A stretch of DNA of 62,444 nt from an uncultured Nitrospiraceae bacterium (GTDB lineage: Bacteria; Nitrospirota; Thermodesulfovibrionia; Thermodesulfovibrionales; Dissulfurispiraceae). The notes beneath the pieces were generated by a model. That model was not told where the DNA came from, made no database searches, and saw nothing but the letters and a program-made list of their open reading frames with translations. The translations under genes and the position numbers were made by a program. The stretch covers positions 1 through 62,444 of the forward strand of contig CAVPIW010000002.1 in assembly GCA_963705105.1 (NCBI GenBank), given 5' to 3'. Positions 52,032 through 61,207 of the stretch are shown piece by piece. Each line of letters begins with the position of its first letter. Within the stretch, counting starts at the first letter, position 1.

Positions 52032-52244
52032 CCTTGTCGTTGAATAGAAAGGCGTGGCGAAGCGCCTAAAAGCCTTGCTGAAGGCGACGATACGCCTCGT
52101 CAGGTTTGTGTTTCAGGATTCTAATCTTTGTGTGATCGACCATTGGCTTGAAGGGTTGTCTTCTGTGAGGGTTACGGTGTCGCCGCAGCAAGGTTTTCGG
52201 CTCATACACCCCGCCTTTCCGGGGAGTGTATTGCAACGATAAGG
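52032..52244. mobile_element. 213-bp MITE, TCTA target duplication
   Basis: tcta|ccttgtcgttgaa...tgcaacgataagg|tcta; same length as and colinear with 24364-24576. Confidence 0.85.
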
Positions 52245-52299
52245 TCTACATGCAGTATCATCTAGTTGCATTATTTTGGTCAGCGGTGTTCTTTCCCGA

Positions 52300-53689
52300 C
52301 TATCGGCTGCCGGCTGTCAGCAGGAGGTAGAGCAGGTCATCGATCTCGTCCAGCAGCTTCTTGAAGGCGCCTCCGTAGCTCTTTGATTCCGAAAAGAGAG
52401 CGGACCGCAACTGCCTTATCTCCTCATCGTCGCACTTTTCGTAAGTTATATGTCCGTTCTGGAGGGCAAGCCGCTCCAGAACGAGGAGCCTTTGCGCCTG
52501 CGCAGAGAAGGGAAGGAGGAGTGCCCGAACGCTGTCAAGCCGCAGAGCAAGGTTCATGCTGTTTCGCAGCTCGGTGCGGCGTCCCCGCTCCCCCTGGCCG
52601 GTGACTCTGTTTGTGACGTCCATGTTATTCAGGATGCGGGCGATCTCCCTCACAAGGATGAAAAGGGTGCAGTATTCGAGCCCCCTGATCCCCCTTCGCC
52701 ACTGGAGCAGCATCGGATTTCTCCAGAACCAGAGAAAGTTCCGCACGCCGAGGTCGATTATTTCCGTCGCAGCCCCTTCGATGTCTCTGATCGCCGCCGT
52801 GATACCGTCCGAAAGTCCTCCGGAATCACCTTGATCAGCAGTCTCCTCAGTGCGAAGCGGAAACGACCCCGATTCCGGGTGATGCTCCGCCGGGGGAATT
52901 CCAAGATAGTTCCAGATGTTTCGGAGAACAGCTGATCCCGCAACATCTCCGGGGGTGTCGAAATGGACGAGGGACAGCAGAACGGCGCCTTTGCCGTATT
53001 TCCCCTCGACGACAACGGGATCGCCGGACAGGCGCTGCGGATCGAGCCTGATCTGATAGAGGTTTTCCAGGTCAGCCCAGCTGCCGTGCGCATTGACATC
53101 GCCGACGTTCAGATCGGAGCTGAAGGCATCGGGAAGGGCGGAACGGTATGAGGCGAGTATCCTGATTGTCTCATCGTGCAGGACGAACTGAGAGGGCCAC
53201 CAGACGTAAAATGGGGGTGATAGATCGTCTTTGAGCGACGGTATGCTGAGGCTTTTCGGGAGTGTCTCATGGAGAGTCGATGACGGTGCATTTTCGGGTA
53301 TCAATCCCTGCCAGACAGGATGATCAAACAGATTGAGATGGACTCTCCCGCTAAAACTGGGCACCCTCCTCTTTGTCGGCTTTCTCCCGATGGAGAGAAG
53401 ACCGATCCCGTCGAGGGTCGCCAGGCCTGCGCCCCCGCAGAAGCCCAGGTAATTCCCTCCCTCCTCGACAAACGTCCTGAGTGCCTCACCCCCCTCCTTG
53501 CCGAGTCTCCTGATCTTGTTCGAGGCCCATCCCCCGGGGACGAAGATCGTGTCGTAGGAAGAGAGACATCCTTTTCTGATGTCTTCGGACCGGATGAGAT
53601 CGAAGGGGAGGCCATTCGCAGACAAAGCCCTGTATGCCATCAGATCCCCAGAGGAAGGACTCGTCCCACAAAAGAGCCGCCTTTTTCAT
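52300..53689 (-). CDS. BPL-N / class I glutamine-amidotransferase-like protein (frameshift near 53645)
   Basis: VPGGWA, FVEEGGNYLGFCGGAG; the N-terminus MKKAALLWDESFLWG lies in ORF 53486..53689 and joins LMAYRAL if one base is removed. Confidence 0.7.
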
Positions 53690-53770
53690 GGCATCATAGT
53701 GCTGTCACCACATAGTATAGAGAACGAGTAACCCGTGAATTTTTCAGGGGCCTCACGGTAAGAAATGTGT

Positions 53771-53890
53771 CCTAATCTCCGCAACAGGACCTCCGGGAAA
53801 GGCGGGGCGAGCATTGCAACGATAAGGTAAGCAATCATGCTCGCTATCAGCGAGGCTTTGGGGTGCTTTGCCCCGCCTTTCAGTACAACC
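53771..53890. mobile_element. Truncated MITE-like remnants
   Basis: gaaaggcggggc, tgcaacgataagg and catgctcgctatcagcgagg modules. Confidence 0.6.
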
Positions 53891-53901
53891 ACAATGTACC
53901 G

Positions 53902-55805
53902 CTATTCACCGCCGACCCTGTATCCGCGGGGTGTCACCATCCACCCTTTCCATACAAAGGTCTTTGAGTTGCCGACAAGGACCGTCGTCTGCATGTCGAT
54001 CTCATGGTCGAGCATCTGCCCGAGGTCCGTCACGACGACTTTTCATCCGTCCTCATGGCGGCCCTGACGATTCCCACAGGAGTTTCCGGGCTTCTGTAGC
54101 CGAGGAGGATTTCCCGTGCCCGCGAAATGTGATCCCGTCTCCCCTTGCTCCGCGGGTTATAGAGAACGATGACGAAGTCAGCCGCCGCCGCCGCGGAAAG
54201 CCTCTTTTCAATCAGGTCCCACGGTGTCAGCCTGTCCGAGAGGCTGACGGAGGCGAAGTCGTGCATGAGAGGGGCGCCGAGCCGGGATGCGCAGGCATTG
54301 AGCGCCGAGATCCCGGGAATGACTTCAACCTCAACGTGTCCCCGGTCGCGCGATTCCTTTTCGGAGGCATCACTCCGCACATGCTGACGCTCCGCTCCCC
54401 ATCCTGTCTCCCGAAGGAGTTCGAAGATCAGTCCGGCCATGGCATAAATACCGGGGTCTCCTCCGCTTACCATGGCGACTTTTTTCCCTGTCCGGGCGAT
54501 TTCGACAGCCTTTCTGCATCGCTCCACTTCGCGGGTCATGCCTGTCGAGACGATTTCCTTCCCGGTCAGCAGGTCCCGGATCAGTTCAAGATAGGGGCCG
54601 TAACCGACAATGACGTCGGACTCCTGAAGGACGTCCCGGGCATAGGGCGTGATGTGTTCGGTCCTTCCAGGTCCCGTTCCGACAATCGAGAGTCTGCCCT
54701 GCCCGCCAGTCTCCTGCCCTTCACCGATGTTCATCGCGACTGCAGGCACGGTTACACTCCCCGCTTCCTGCTCCGGCAGAGGGGCGACGGGACCGGGGGT
54801 GTCACCGCCGTCACCGGCTATTTCGGCGACCGCAACGGTGACGTTTCCCTCCTTCCGCTTTGGGACGAGCAGACGTCCGCTCCGTGAACCGAGGATCGCC
54901 GACGGCTCGGCGACCGCTTTCGCTCCCGTTGCCTTCAGGGCCGCCGGAGACGGGCTCACACCCTGTACACCGTTCAGTTCGGCGGCCGAGAAAGCTCGTA
55001 TATCAAAGCCGTGGCTTTCTGCAAACGCGACGAGGCCGGGTTCCGAGGCCTTCCTGTCCAGCGTTGCGATAGTGCGGACCGACGAAAAAGAGAGTCCCTT
55101 GTCGCAAAGGACTTTTCTGACGACCGATTCGATCTCATCGCGGGACGTGCCGCTGTTACAGCCGATGCCGAGGACCAGGTTTACGGGCCTCAGGATGAGG
55201 CGCCGGCGGTCATCGGGCTTCTGCTCAAGGATCCTGTTCGAGATGACCATGTCGGCTTCGGCAGGGTTTTTCACGGGCAAAAAAGCTGCCGGCAAAGGCC
55301 CGGCGGCGCCGTTCTCCGGAAAGACATTCAGGGAGCCCGAGTCGAGCAATTGTGTTGCAATGCGAGGAAGGCTGTCCCAGTTCTCGATGACGAGCCCGCT
55401 GTCTGCGGCCCAGAGATCGATGGACGGCATGTCGTTCACGTCTGATGCCGTCGTGATGACGGCTGTCCCGCGGAGAAAACGGGCGATTGAGGCCGCGAGT
55501 TCATTGGCGCCGCCCAGATGGCCGCTCAGAAGACTGATCGCGTGTCTCCCTGCCTCGTCGATGACGACCACGGCAGGATCACGTTTCTTGTCCTCCAACA
55601 GCGGCGCGATGGATCGAACGGCGATGCCCGATGCCATGATGAAAATGAGTGCCTTCGACGTTTTCCAAACGCCGGGGACGATACCGGCCTTATAACGGAG
55701 GACCCTCGCGTGAGGAAAAAGGCGGGTCAGCCTGTCGGCGACAAGCCGGCCCTTCTGCGTTATATACAGGATGGTCGTGCCATCGATTGCCGTCGTCCGT
55801 TTCAT
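53902..55805 (-). CDS. cobJ: CbiG-CbiH(CobJ) fusion: cobalt-precorrin-5A hydrolase plus precorrin-3B C17-methyltransferase (frameshift near 54042)
   Basis: CbiG motifs DPAVVVID..G..ISLLSGHLGGAN, VITTASD, GIGC, VAEP; CbiH motifs VGTGPG, VSGGDPGIYAM, LGAPLMHDF, SLSD.LTPW, LYNPRS; the tail IDMQTTVLVGNSKT...MVTPRGY continues in a shifted frame to TAG at 53902. Confidence 0.85.
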
Positions 55806-55814
55806 GGTTTTCTC

Positions 55815-57779
55815 CTATGCATCGAGCACGTCCCTGATTTTTCTGAGAAGGGTATCGGGCGAAATGGGTTTTGAAAGGTAGTACATGGAGCCTTCGGTTA
55901 TCCCCTTCTTCTCGATGATATCGGCGGCATATCCGCTCACGAAGATCGCCCGGATATCGGGGCGGATTTTACGGATCTCCTCGAATGCTTCCTTGCCGTT
56001 TTTTTTCGGCATGACCACATCGAGGATGAGCAGGCGGATCGCCTTCGCGTGTTCCAGAAATTTCGATACCGCATCCTCGCCGTCTCTGGCTTCGACGACC
56101 TTGTAGCCGTATTTCTGGAGGACATCTCTCGTGAGACACCGCACATCCTCATCGTCCTCTGCAACGAGGACCGTTTCGGTTCCCCCTGATGCCTGTTCCT
56201 GATGGAGATGGTCCTCTTCTTCGATGTCCTTATCGATGATCGGGAAAAAGAGCCTGAAGGTCGTCCCCTTTCCAGGTTCGCTCGAAACGTCGACGGTCCC
56301 GCCGTGTTGCTGCATGATGCCATAGACGATCGAGAGGCCGAGCCCTGTCCCTTTGCCGACTTCCTTTGTCGTAAAGTAGGGGTCGAAGATCCTCTCTCTA
56401 ATCTTTTCGTCTATGCCGACGCCCGTATCCGAAACGGTGACGACGGCCTGCGGCCGCTGTTTACCGCCGTCATCGGATGCTTCAACGCCGACGCGCACCG
56501 CATACGTCGTGATGCTCAGTTTCCCGCCTTTCGGCATCGCATCCCGCGCGTTCGTCACGAGGTTCATCAGCACCTGCTCGATCTGACCGGTGTCTGCCAG
56601 GACGATCAAAGCGTCGTCGCATCGTGTGACCTCGAATTCGATATCTTCACCTATGAGCCTGTCGAGGAACTTCTCGATATTCCTGATGATCTCATTGAGG
56701 TTCGCAGGTCTGAGGTCGATGATCTGCTTTCTGCTGAAGGTCAGGAGGCTCTGGGTCAGGTTCGCGGCCCTCGATCCCGAGGCGAGGATGAGATCGACAT
56801 AGCGTTTCAGTGGATCATCAGCGCTCATCCTGCCCGCCAGGAGACTGCCGTATCCGATGATGGTCGTCAGGATGTTGTTGAAGTCGTGCGCAATGCCCCC
56901 CGCAAGGGTCCCGATGGCCTCCATTTTCTGTGCATGCCTAAGCTGATCTTCGAGCTGCGCCTTTTCGGACTCCTTCTTCTTGAGAGATTCGACCATGCTG
57001 TTAAAGGCCCGTGCGAGGTTGCCGATTTCGTCCTGCGTCTGAACGGATACCGTTTCGACGGAAGCGCCCCGTTCGATCGCCTTCACTCCCTCCGTCAGAG
57101 ATGTAAGAGGCCTCGTAATCCGCCGCGCGACGAGATAGGTGAGAAGAGACCCGAGGATGAGAAAGGACGCCGCTATAAGGATGCTCTCGAACAGCAGTGC
57201 GTTTAGCTGATTTTTCAGTCGTTTCTTGTCAAGAATGATGCACACAAATCCAATGACCCGCTCCTGTTCGGGGATAAGCGACTCCTCAAAGAAGAGATCG
57301 CTTTCCGGGGAGAAACTCGAACGGGTAATTACGGGCGACCAGAACTCGATTATGTCACCCGAGTCATGGGACGTAATCTCCCTGGTCCGACTGAGCAGCT
57401 CAAACATCTGTTTTCGCCGATCACCTTCCCCGTCGTCATGTGTGATACCTTCCTTCGCCCGTTTTGCCAGCAACTTCCCTTCGGCGGTGTAAAGCGATAC
57501 GAATATGACTTCTTCCTGCTGCAGCATTCCTTCGGTGGAGTCTCTGAGGAGACTCTCGTTTTCCGCGAAGACACCAAGGCGTGCACTATGAGCGAAGAGC
57601 CGGGCCAGGACAACGCCCTTGTTGCGCAGATCCTCGGAGAGGGTCTGGCTCTGGTGCCTGATGAAAAAGATGGTAAAAGAAGCGGAGATGATCAGAACGA
57701 GGAGCGAGAATTCAAGGAACACCTTGACCTTGAAGTTGCGCCCGAGAAAGAGGAAAAGCCGGTTCAGGAGCGCCGTCAT
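55815..57779 (-). CDS. Membrane hybrid sensor histidine kinase (periplasmic sensor, HAMP, HisKA, HATPase, receiver)
   Basis: Two TMs, DEIGNLARAFN, GGIAHDFNNIL, NARDAM, DTGVGI, GTGLGL, VAEDD...LDVVMP...KP. Confidence 0.95.
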   Translation of the reverse strand: MTALLNRLFLFLGRNFKVKVFLEFSLLVLIISASFTIFFIRHQSQTLSEDLRNKGVVLARLFAHSARLGVFAENESLLRDSTEGMLQQEEVIFVSLYTAEGKLLAKRAKEGITHDDGEGDRRKQMFELLSRTREITSHDSGDIIEFWSPVITRSSFSPESDLFFEESLIPEQERVIGFVCIILDKKRLKNQLNALLFESILIAASFLILGSLLTYLVARRITRPLTSLTEGVKAIERGASVETVSVQTQDEIGNLARAFNSMVESLKKKESEKAQLEDQLRHAQKMEAIGTLAGGIAHDFNNILTTIIGYGSLLAGRMSADDPLKRYVDLILASGSRAANLTQSLLTFSRKQIIDLRPANLNEIIRNIEKFLDRLIGEDIEFEVTRCDDALIVLADTGQIEQVLMNLVTNARDAMPKGGKLSITTYAVRVGVEASDDGGKQRPQAVVTVSDTGVGIDEKIRERIFDPYFTTKEVGKGTGLGLSIVYGIMQQHGGTVDVSSEPGKGTTFRLFFPIIDKDIEEEDHLHQEQASGGTETVLVAEDDEDVRCLTRDVLQKYGYKVVEARDGEDAVSKFLEHAKAIRLLILDVVMPKKNGKEAFEEIRKIRPDIRAIFVSGYAADIIEKKGITEGSMYYLSKPISPDTLLRKIRDVLDA

Positions 57780-58669
57780 TTGATGATCCTCATATTCGAA
57801 TTGGAGGTTTCGTCAATGACTATCCCCAGCTTTTTGGCAACCTTCTGGTTGACCGACAGGATCGCTTTGCGGGGATCGACATTGCGTATGTTTTTCGCAC
57901 TCGTGCCGGCAAGGATCTTTTTCGCAATGTCGGAGACTTGCCTGCCGATGTCATGGGGGTCAATGCCGACAGACAAAAGGGCGCCCATCTCTACATATTT
58001 TTCCGAGAATGTGAGGATCGGCACCCTGTTCTCCACGGAGAAGAGCAGCAGGGACTCCGTCGTCTCAGTTGTCACCACAAGGGAGTCCGGTATCATCCAG
58101 AAGACATCGATCTTCCCTTTCAAAGTGAGGAGAGCGGAGGGGACTTCCTTGGGGCTCTGAATCTCCTTCGTGAGCAGCTTGATGCCTGTTTCCGCCGCCG
58201 CGCTCTGGGCCTTCTTCACAAGGGCTGCCGTTTTCCCCGGGTTGAAGAGAATCCCCACGCGCTTCGCTTCCGGGAGGATCTTCTGGAGAGACTGGAACTG
58301 TTTTTCGGGCGCTATATCCATGCTCACGCCGGCTATATTGTCTTCGCCGCCAACGACCGATTGCGGGTTTGCCACCATGAGATAGACAATGGGGATGTCC
58401 CTGATTCGCTTTGTTTTCATCAGGGCGTCCATGCCGATGGCGAGGATAAGGTCAGGCCGTCTCTGCCGGATCTGGCTGACGATCTCTTCGGCGACCATCT
58501 CGGACGCCACGAATTCTATGATCCTGCAACTGCATCCGGCCCGGAAGCCTTTGAGAGCATCCTCGTAGGGCTTCACGGGAATGCTCTTGACGGCTACGAT
58601 GGTCTGTTCAGCGGCTGCGAGAGCGGCGGAGAGCAGGAGTGTGACGAGTATGACGAATGTCCTTATCAT
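57776..58669 (-). CDS. Periplasmic ABC-type substrate-binding-fold protein paired with the kinase
   Basis: Signal peptide, PDLILAIG, IPIVY.MV..P, KRVGILFNP, WMIPD, V..GAL; ATGA overlap with the kinase start; no permease or ATPase nearby. Confidence 0.85.
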   Translation of the reverse strand: MIRTFVILVTLLLSAALAAAEQTIVAVKSIPVKPYEDALKGFRAGCSCRIIEFVASEMVAEEIVSQIRQRRPDLILAIGMDALMKTKRIRDIPIVYLMVANPQSVVGGEDNIAGVSMDIAPEKQFQSLQKILPEAKRVGILFNPGKTAALVKKAQSAAAETGIKLLTKEIQSPKEVPSALLTLKGKIDVFWMIPDSLVVTTETTESLLLFSVENRVPILTFSEKYVEMGALLSVGIDPHDIGRQVSDIAKKILAGTSAKNIRNVDPRKAILSVNQKVAKKLGIVIDETSNSNMRIIK

Positions 58670-58761
58670 GCTTTTCGTGTAGGCAGAGAGGCTATTAACC
58701 TTGAAGAAAAGTGTAAAATCGTTTAGTATGATATATCGTTAAAAATTGTAAACTATTTACT

Positions 58762-60660
58762 ATGTCCATGTATAGGTCTCTTTTCATACGATGTCTTTTT
58801 GTGTTTCCCGTTCTCCTCTGTGCCCTCGCCCTCCCGCAAAGGGCAACGGCCCAGACAGAGGAAGAGATGGAGATGCTCCAGCTCTATTTCAGGGAGGATG
58901 AACTCGTCGTCACGGCGACGCGCTCCCCGAAACCGATCTCGCAGGCCTCCGAGACGATCACGGTCGTCACGGCGAAGGAGATCGAGATGATGAACGCCCA
59001 TACGCTGACGGATGTGCTGAACACGGTACCGGGCGTCCAGATCGAGATCCGGGGCGGGCCGGGAAGCCCTGCGGACGCTCACATCCAGGGCTCCGAATCG
59101 CGTCATATTCTCGTGATGATCGACGGTGTGCCCCAGAACAACCTGTCGGACAATAGAGCAGACATCAGCTCGATCCCCATCCAGAACATCGAGCGGATCG
59201 AGATCATCAAGGGGCCCGTCTCGTCGTCCTGGGGATCTTCCCTGGGCGGCATCATCAACGTCATTACAAAGGGCCCGAACCAGTCGAGGGGAATCGGCGG
59301 GACCCTCTCAGCCTCCTACGGAGAGAGGAACACCGGCGACTTCAGGGCCGAGCTGTCCGGGACGAAAGGACCCCTTGGCTATTATCTCTTTGCAGGCAAC
59401 CTCACGACGAACGGTTTCAACCCGAACTCTGATTATTACGCAAACAATATTTATGGGAAAATACGTCTGGACATCACGGACCGTCTCAGCTCGACCGTGA
59501 CGTTCGGATACAGCCAGGGGAACAGGGGTCTAGGGGAATTTCCGGAAATAGGCATATCCTCCAGGAACGACTTCGAGTACCTTTTTTCTTCACTTTTACT
59601 CAACTATGCGTTTAATGACGATGCAGACGTCACGCTCTCCCTATGGATGTCGCGGAAGCACATTGACTTCTTGGATAATCCCGTGGACAAGACCGAAATC
59701 CCCGCAAGTAGGCTCTTCGGCGATTCACAGCACGGGGGCGACCTGCGGTTCAACTGGAGACGGGGGATGCACACCGTCGTTGTGGGCGCAGAATTCAACG
59801 ACGGTGAGCTCAAGTCGAGCAATATTACCAGCGGCAGGCAGGAACTGGATACGTGGGCGGTCTTTGCGAACGACACGATCGTCGTTGACAGGTTCTCCTT
59901 CACGCCCGGCATAAGGTACGACGACACAAGCACGAACGGGGATTTCCTGAGCCCCAGCCTTGGCATCACTTACAAGATCGACGACAAGAACCTCCTCCGT
60001 GGGTACATCGGCCGGGGTTTCAGCATCCCTCCCCTGTCTGCGACTTTCGGGGTTGACAACTTCTTCAGACCTGCGGATAACCTCAAAGTCGAGAAGGTCA
60101 TGTCCTACAAGCTCGGGGTCGAATCGATCGCACTGAAATACCTCTGGCTGCGCTCGACCCTATTTCTTCATGACGTGTCCGACGCCATCGCCCTGGAGAA
60201 TGGCACCGATACGGATACCGGGGCGCCTGTCGTTAAAACGGTAAATAAGGACAAAGTGAGGAGGCAGGGAGTCGAAATCGAGCTGAAGACCATTCCTGTC
60301 TATCACACCTCCCTCTCGGCGGGATTCACCTATCTCGACGCGACAGACAGAGAGACGGGAGAACGTTTAAAAGACACCGCACCTTACACATACGACATCG
60401 GCATTCAGTACGACCATAACAACCTCAAAGCGCTGCTGACAGGTCATTTCATATGGTGGAATGCGATAGCCGAAAGGAAGGGAAAATACAATGCCTTCGT
60501 CTGGGATTTCAACGTCTCGAAGAGGTTCGCCCTGTCCGCTGAAAGGTCCCTCGATCTCTTTTTCTCCATACACAACATATTCGACAGCTCCCAGTATCTG
60601 GACGTCCTCTTTAAAAACCCGGGAAGATGGATCGAGGGAGGTGTAAGGTTCAGTTTTTGA
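58762..60660 (+). CDS. TonB-dependent outer-membrane receptor
   Basis: Signal peptide, ELVVTATR TonB-box region, plug ILVMIDGVP...IERIEIIKGP.SS.WG...GGIINVITK, C-terminal PGR...GVRFSF. Confidence 0.93.
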   Translation: MSMYRSLFIRCLFVFPVLLCALALPQRATAQTEEEMEMLQLYFREDELVVTATRSPKPISQASETITVVTAKEIEMMNAHTLTDVLNTVPGVQIEIRGGPGSPADAHIQGSESRHILVMIDGVPQNNLSDNRADISSIPIQNIERIEIIKGPVSSSWGSSLGGIINVITKGPNQSRGIGGTLSASYGERNTGDFRAELSGTKGPLGYYLFAGNLTTNGFNPNSDYYANNIYGKIRLDITDRLSSTVTFGYSQGNRGLGEFPEIGISSRNDFEYLFSSLLLNYAFNDDADVTLSLWMSRKHIDFLDNPVDKTEIPASRLFGDSQHGGDLRFNWRRGMHTVVVGAEFNDGELKSSNITSGRQELDTWAVFANDTIVVDRFSFTPGIRYDDTSTNGDFLSPSLGITYKIDDKNLLRGYIGRGFSIPPLSATFGVDNFFRPADNLKVEKVMSYKLGVESIALKYLWLRSTLFLHDVSDAIALENGTDTDTGAPVVKTVNKDKVRRQGVEIELKTIPVYHTSLSAGFTYLDATDRETGERLKDTAPYTYDIGIQYDHNNLKALLTGHFIWWNAIAERKGKYNAFVWDFNVSKRFALSAERSLDLFFSIHNIFDSSQYLDVLFKNPGRWIEGGVRFSF

Positions 60661-60824
60661 TGCTGCTGACCGATGCTCTCAATGTCTGCCGTCAAAGGAA
60701 AGGATCCCGCGATTGTGAGGAAAATCACGATGATCTAAAGTTACCGGCAATTCTCACGAAAAAAATACTAAAGATTCAGGGCTCCAAAATCAAGAAAACC
60801 GAGAATCAGCGTGAGGAGGAAAAG

Positions 60825-60947
60825 ATGAAGACAGAGAGGATACCGGAGATGAAAACCAGTGAGAAGATCGTCGTTCTGGATGCAGGCAGGGAAGGCTCGT
60901 CATGGATGTCCTGCTGCTGGGGAGCGTTTGCTTTTTACAGAAGATAG
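60825..60947 (+). CDS. RiPP precursor peptide 1 (40 aa)
   Basis: GAGGAGG RBS; MKTERIPEMKTSEKIVVLDAGREGSSWMSCCWGAFAFYRR; upstream of the radical SAM/SPASM gene. Confidence 0.85.
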   Translation: MKTERIPEMKTSEKIVVLDAGREGSSWMSCCWGAFAFYRR

Positions 60948-61017
60948 GCGCGGAAAGACATTTCTTTGGCTGCCATGAGTTGTGTTGAGACATGTTAATC
61001 AGCGTGAGGAGGAAAAG

Positions 61018-61140
61018 ATGAAGACAGAGAGGATACCGGAGATGAAAACGAATGAGAAGATCGTCGTTCTCGATGCAGGCAGGGAAGGCTCGTCATGGAT
61101 GTCCTGCTGCTGGGGGGCGTTTGCGTTTTACAGGAGATAA
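61018..61140 (+). CDS. RiPP precursor peptide 2 (40 aa)
   Basis: MKTERIPEMKTNEKIVVLDAGREGSSWMSCCWGAFAFYRR; one amino-acid difference from copy 1; below the ORF-track size cut-off. Confidence 0.85.
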   Translation: MKTERIPEMKTNEKIVVLDAGREGSSWMSCCWGAFAFYRR

Positions 61141-61174
61141 ATCGCTAAACGACATTTCTCTCTGCTATAATACC

Positions 61175-61207
61175 AGAAAGGGGAGTTAAGCTCCCCTTTC
61201 TTTTTTT
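61175..61207 (+). terminator. Intrinsic terminator between the peptide genes and the maturase
   Basis: gaaaggggag[ttaag]ctcccctttc followed by ttttttt and then the ATG. Confidence 0.8.

Larger units (their letters stand above)
60804..61160 (+). repeat. Tandem duplication (193-bp period) carrying RBS and peptide gene
   Basis: aatcagcgtgaggaggaaaagATG at 60804 and 60997. Confidence 0.9.

Noticed and set aside
5948..53890. Intergenic repeats as a CRISPR array or attC cassettes
   Set aside because: They are dispersed with inverted termini and target duplications, have no regular repeat-spacer period, and no cas or integrase gene is present.
60627..60947. 106-aa ORF-track protein
   Set aside because: Only the last 40 codons are supported (RBS and duplicated copy); the extension overlaps the receptor gene end.
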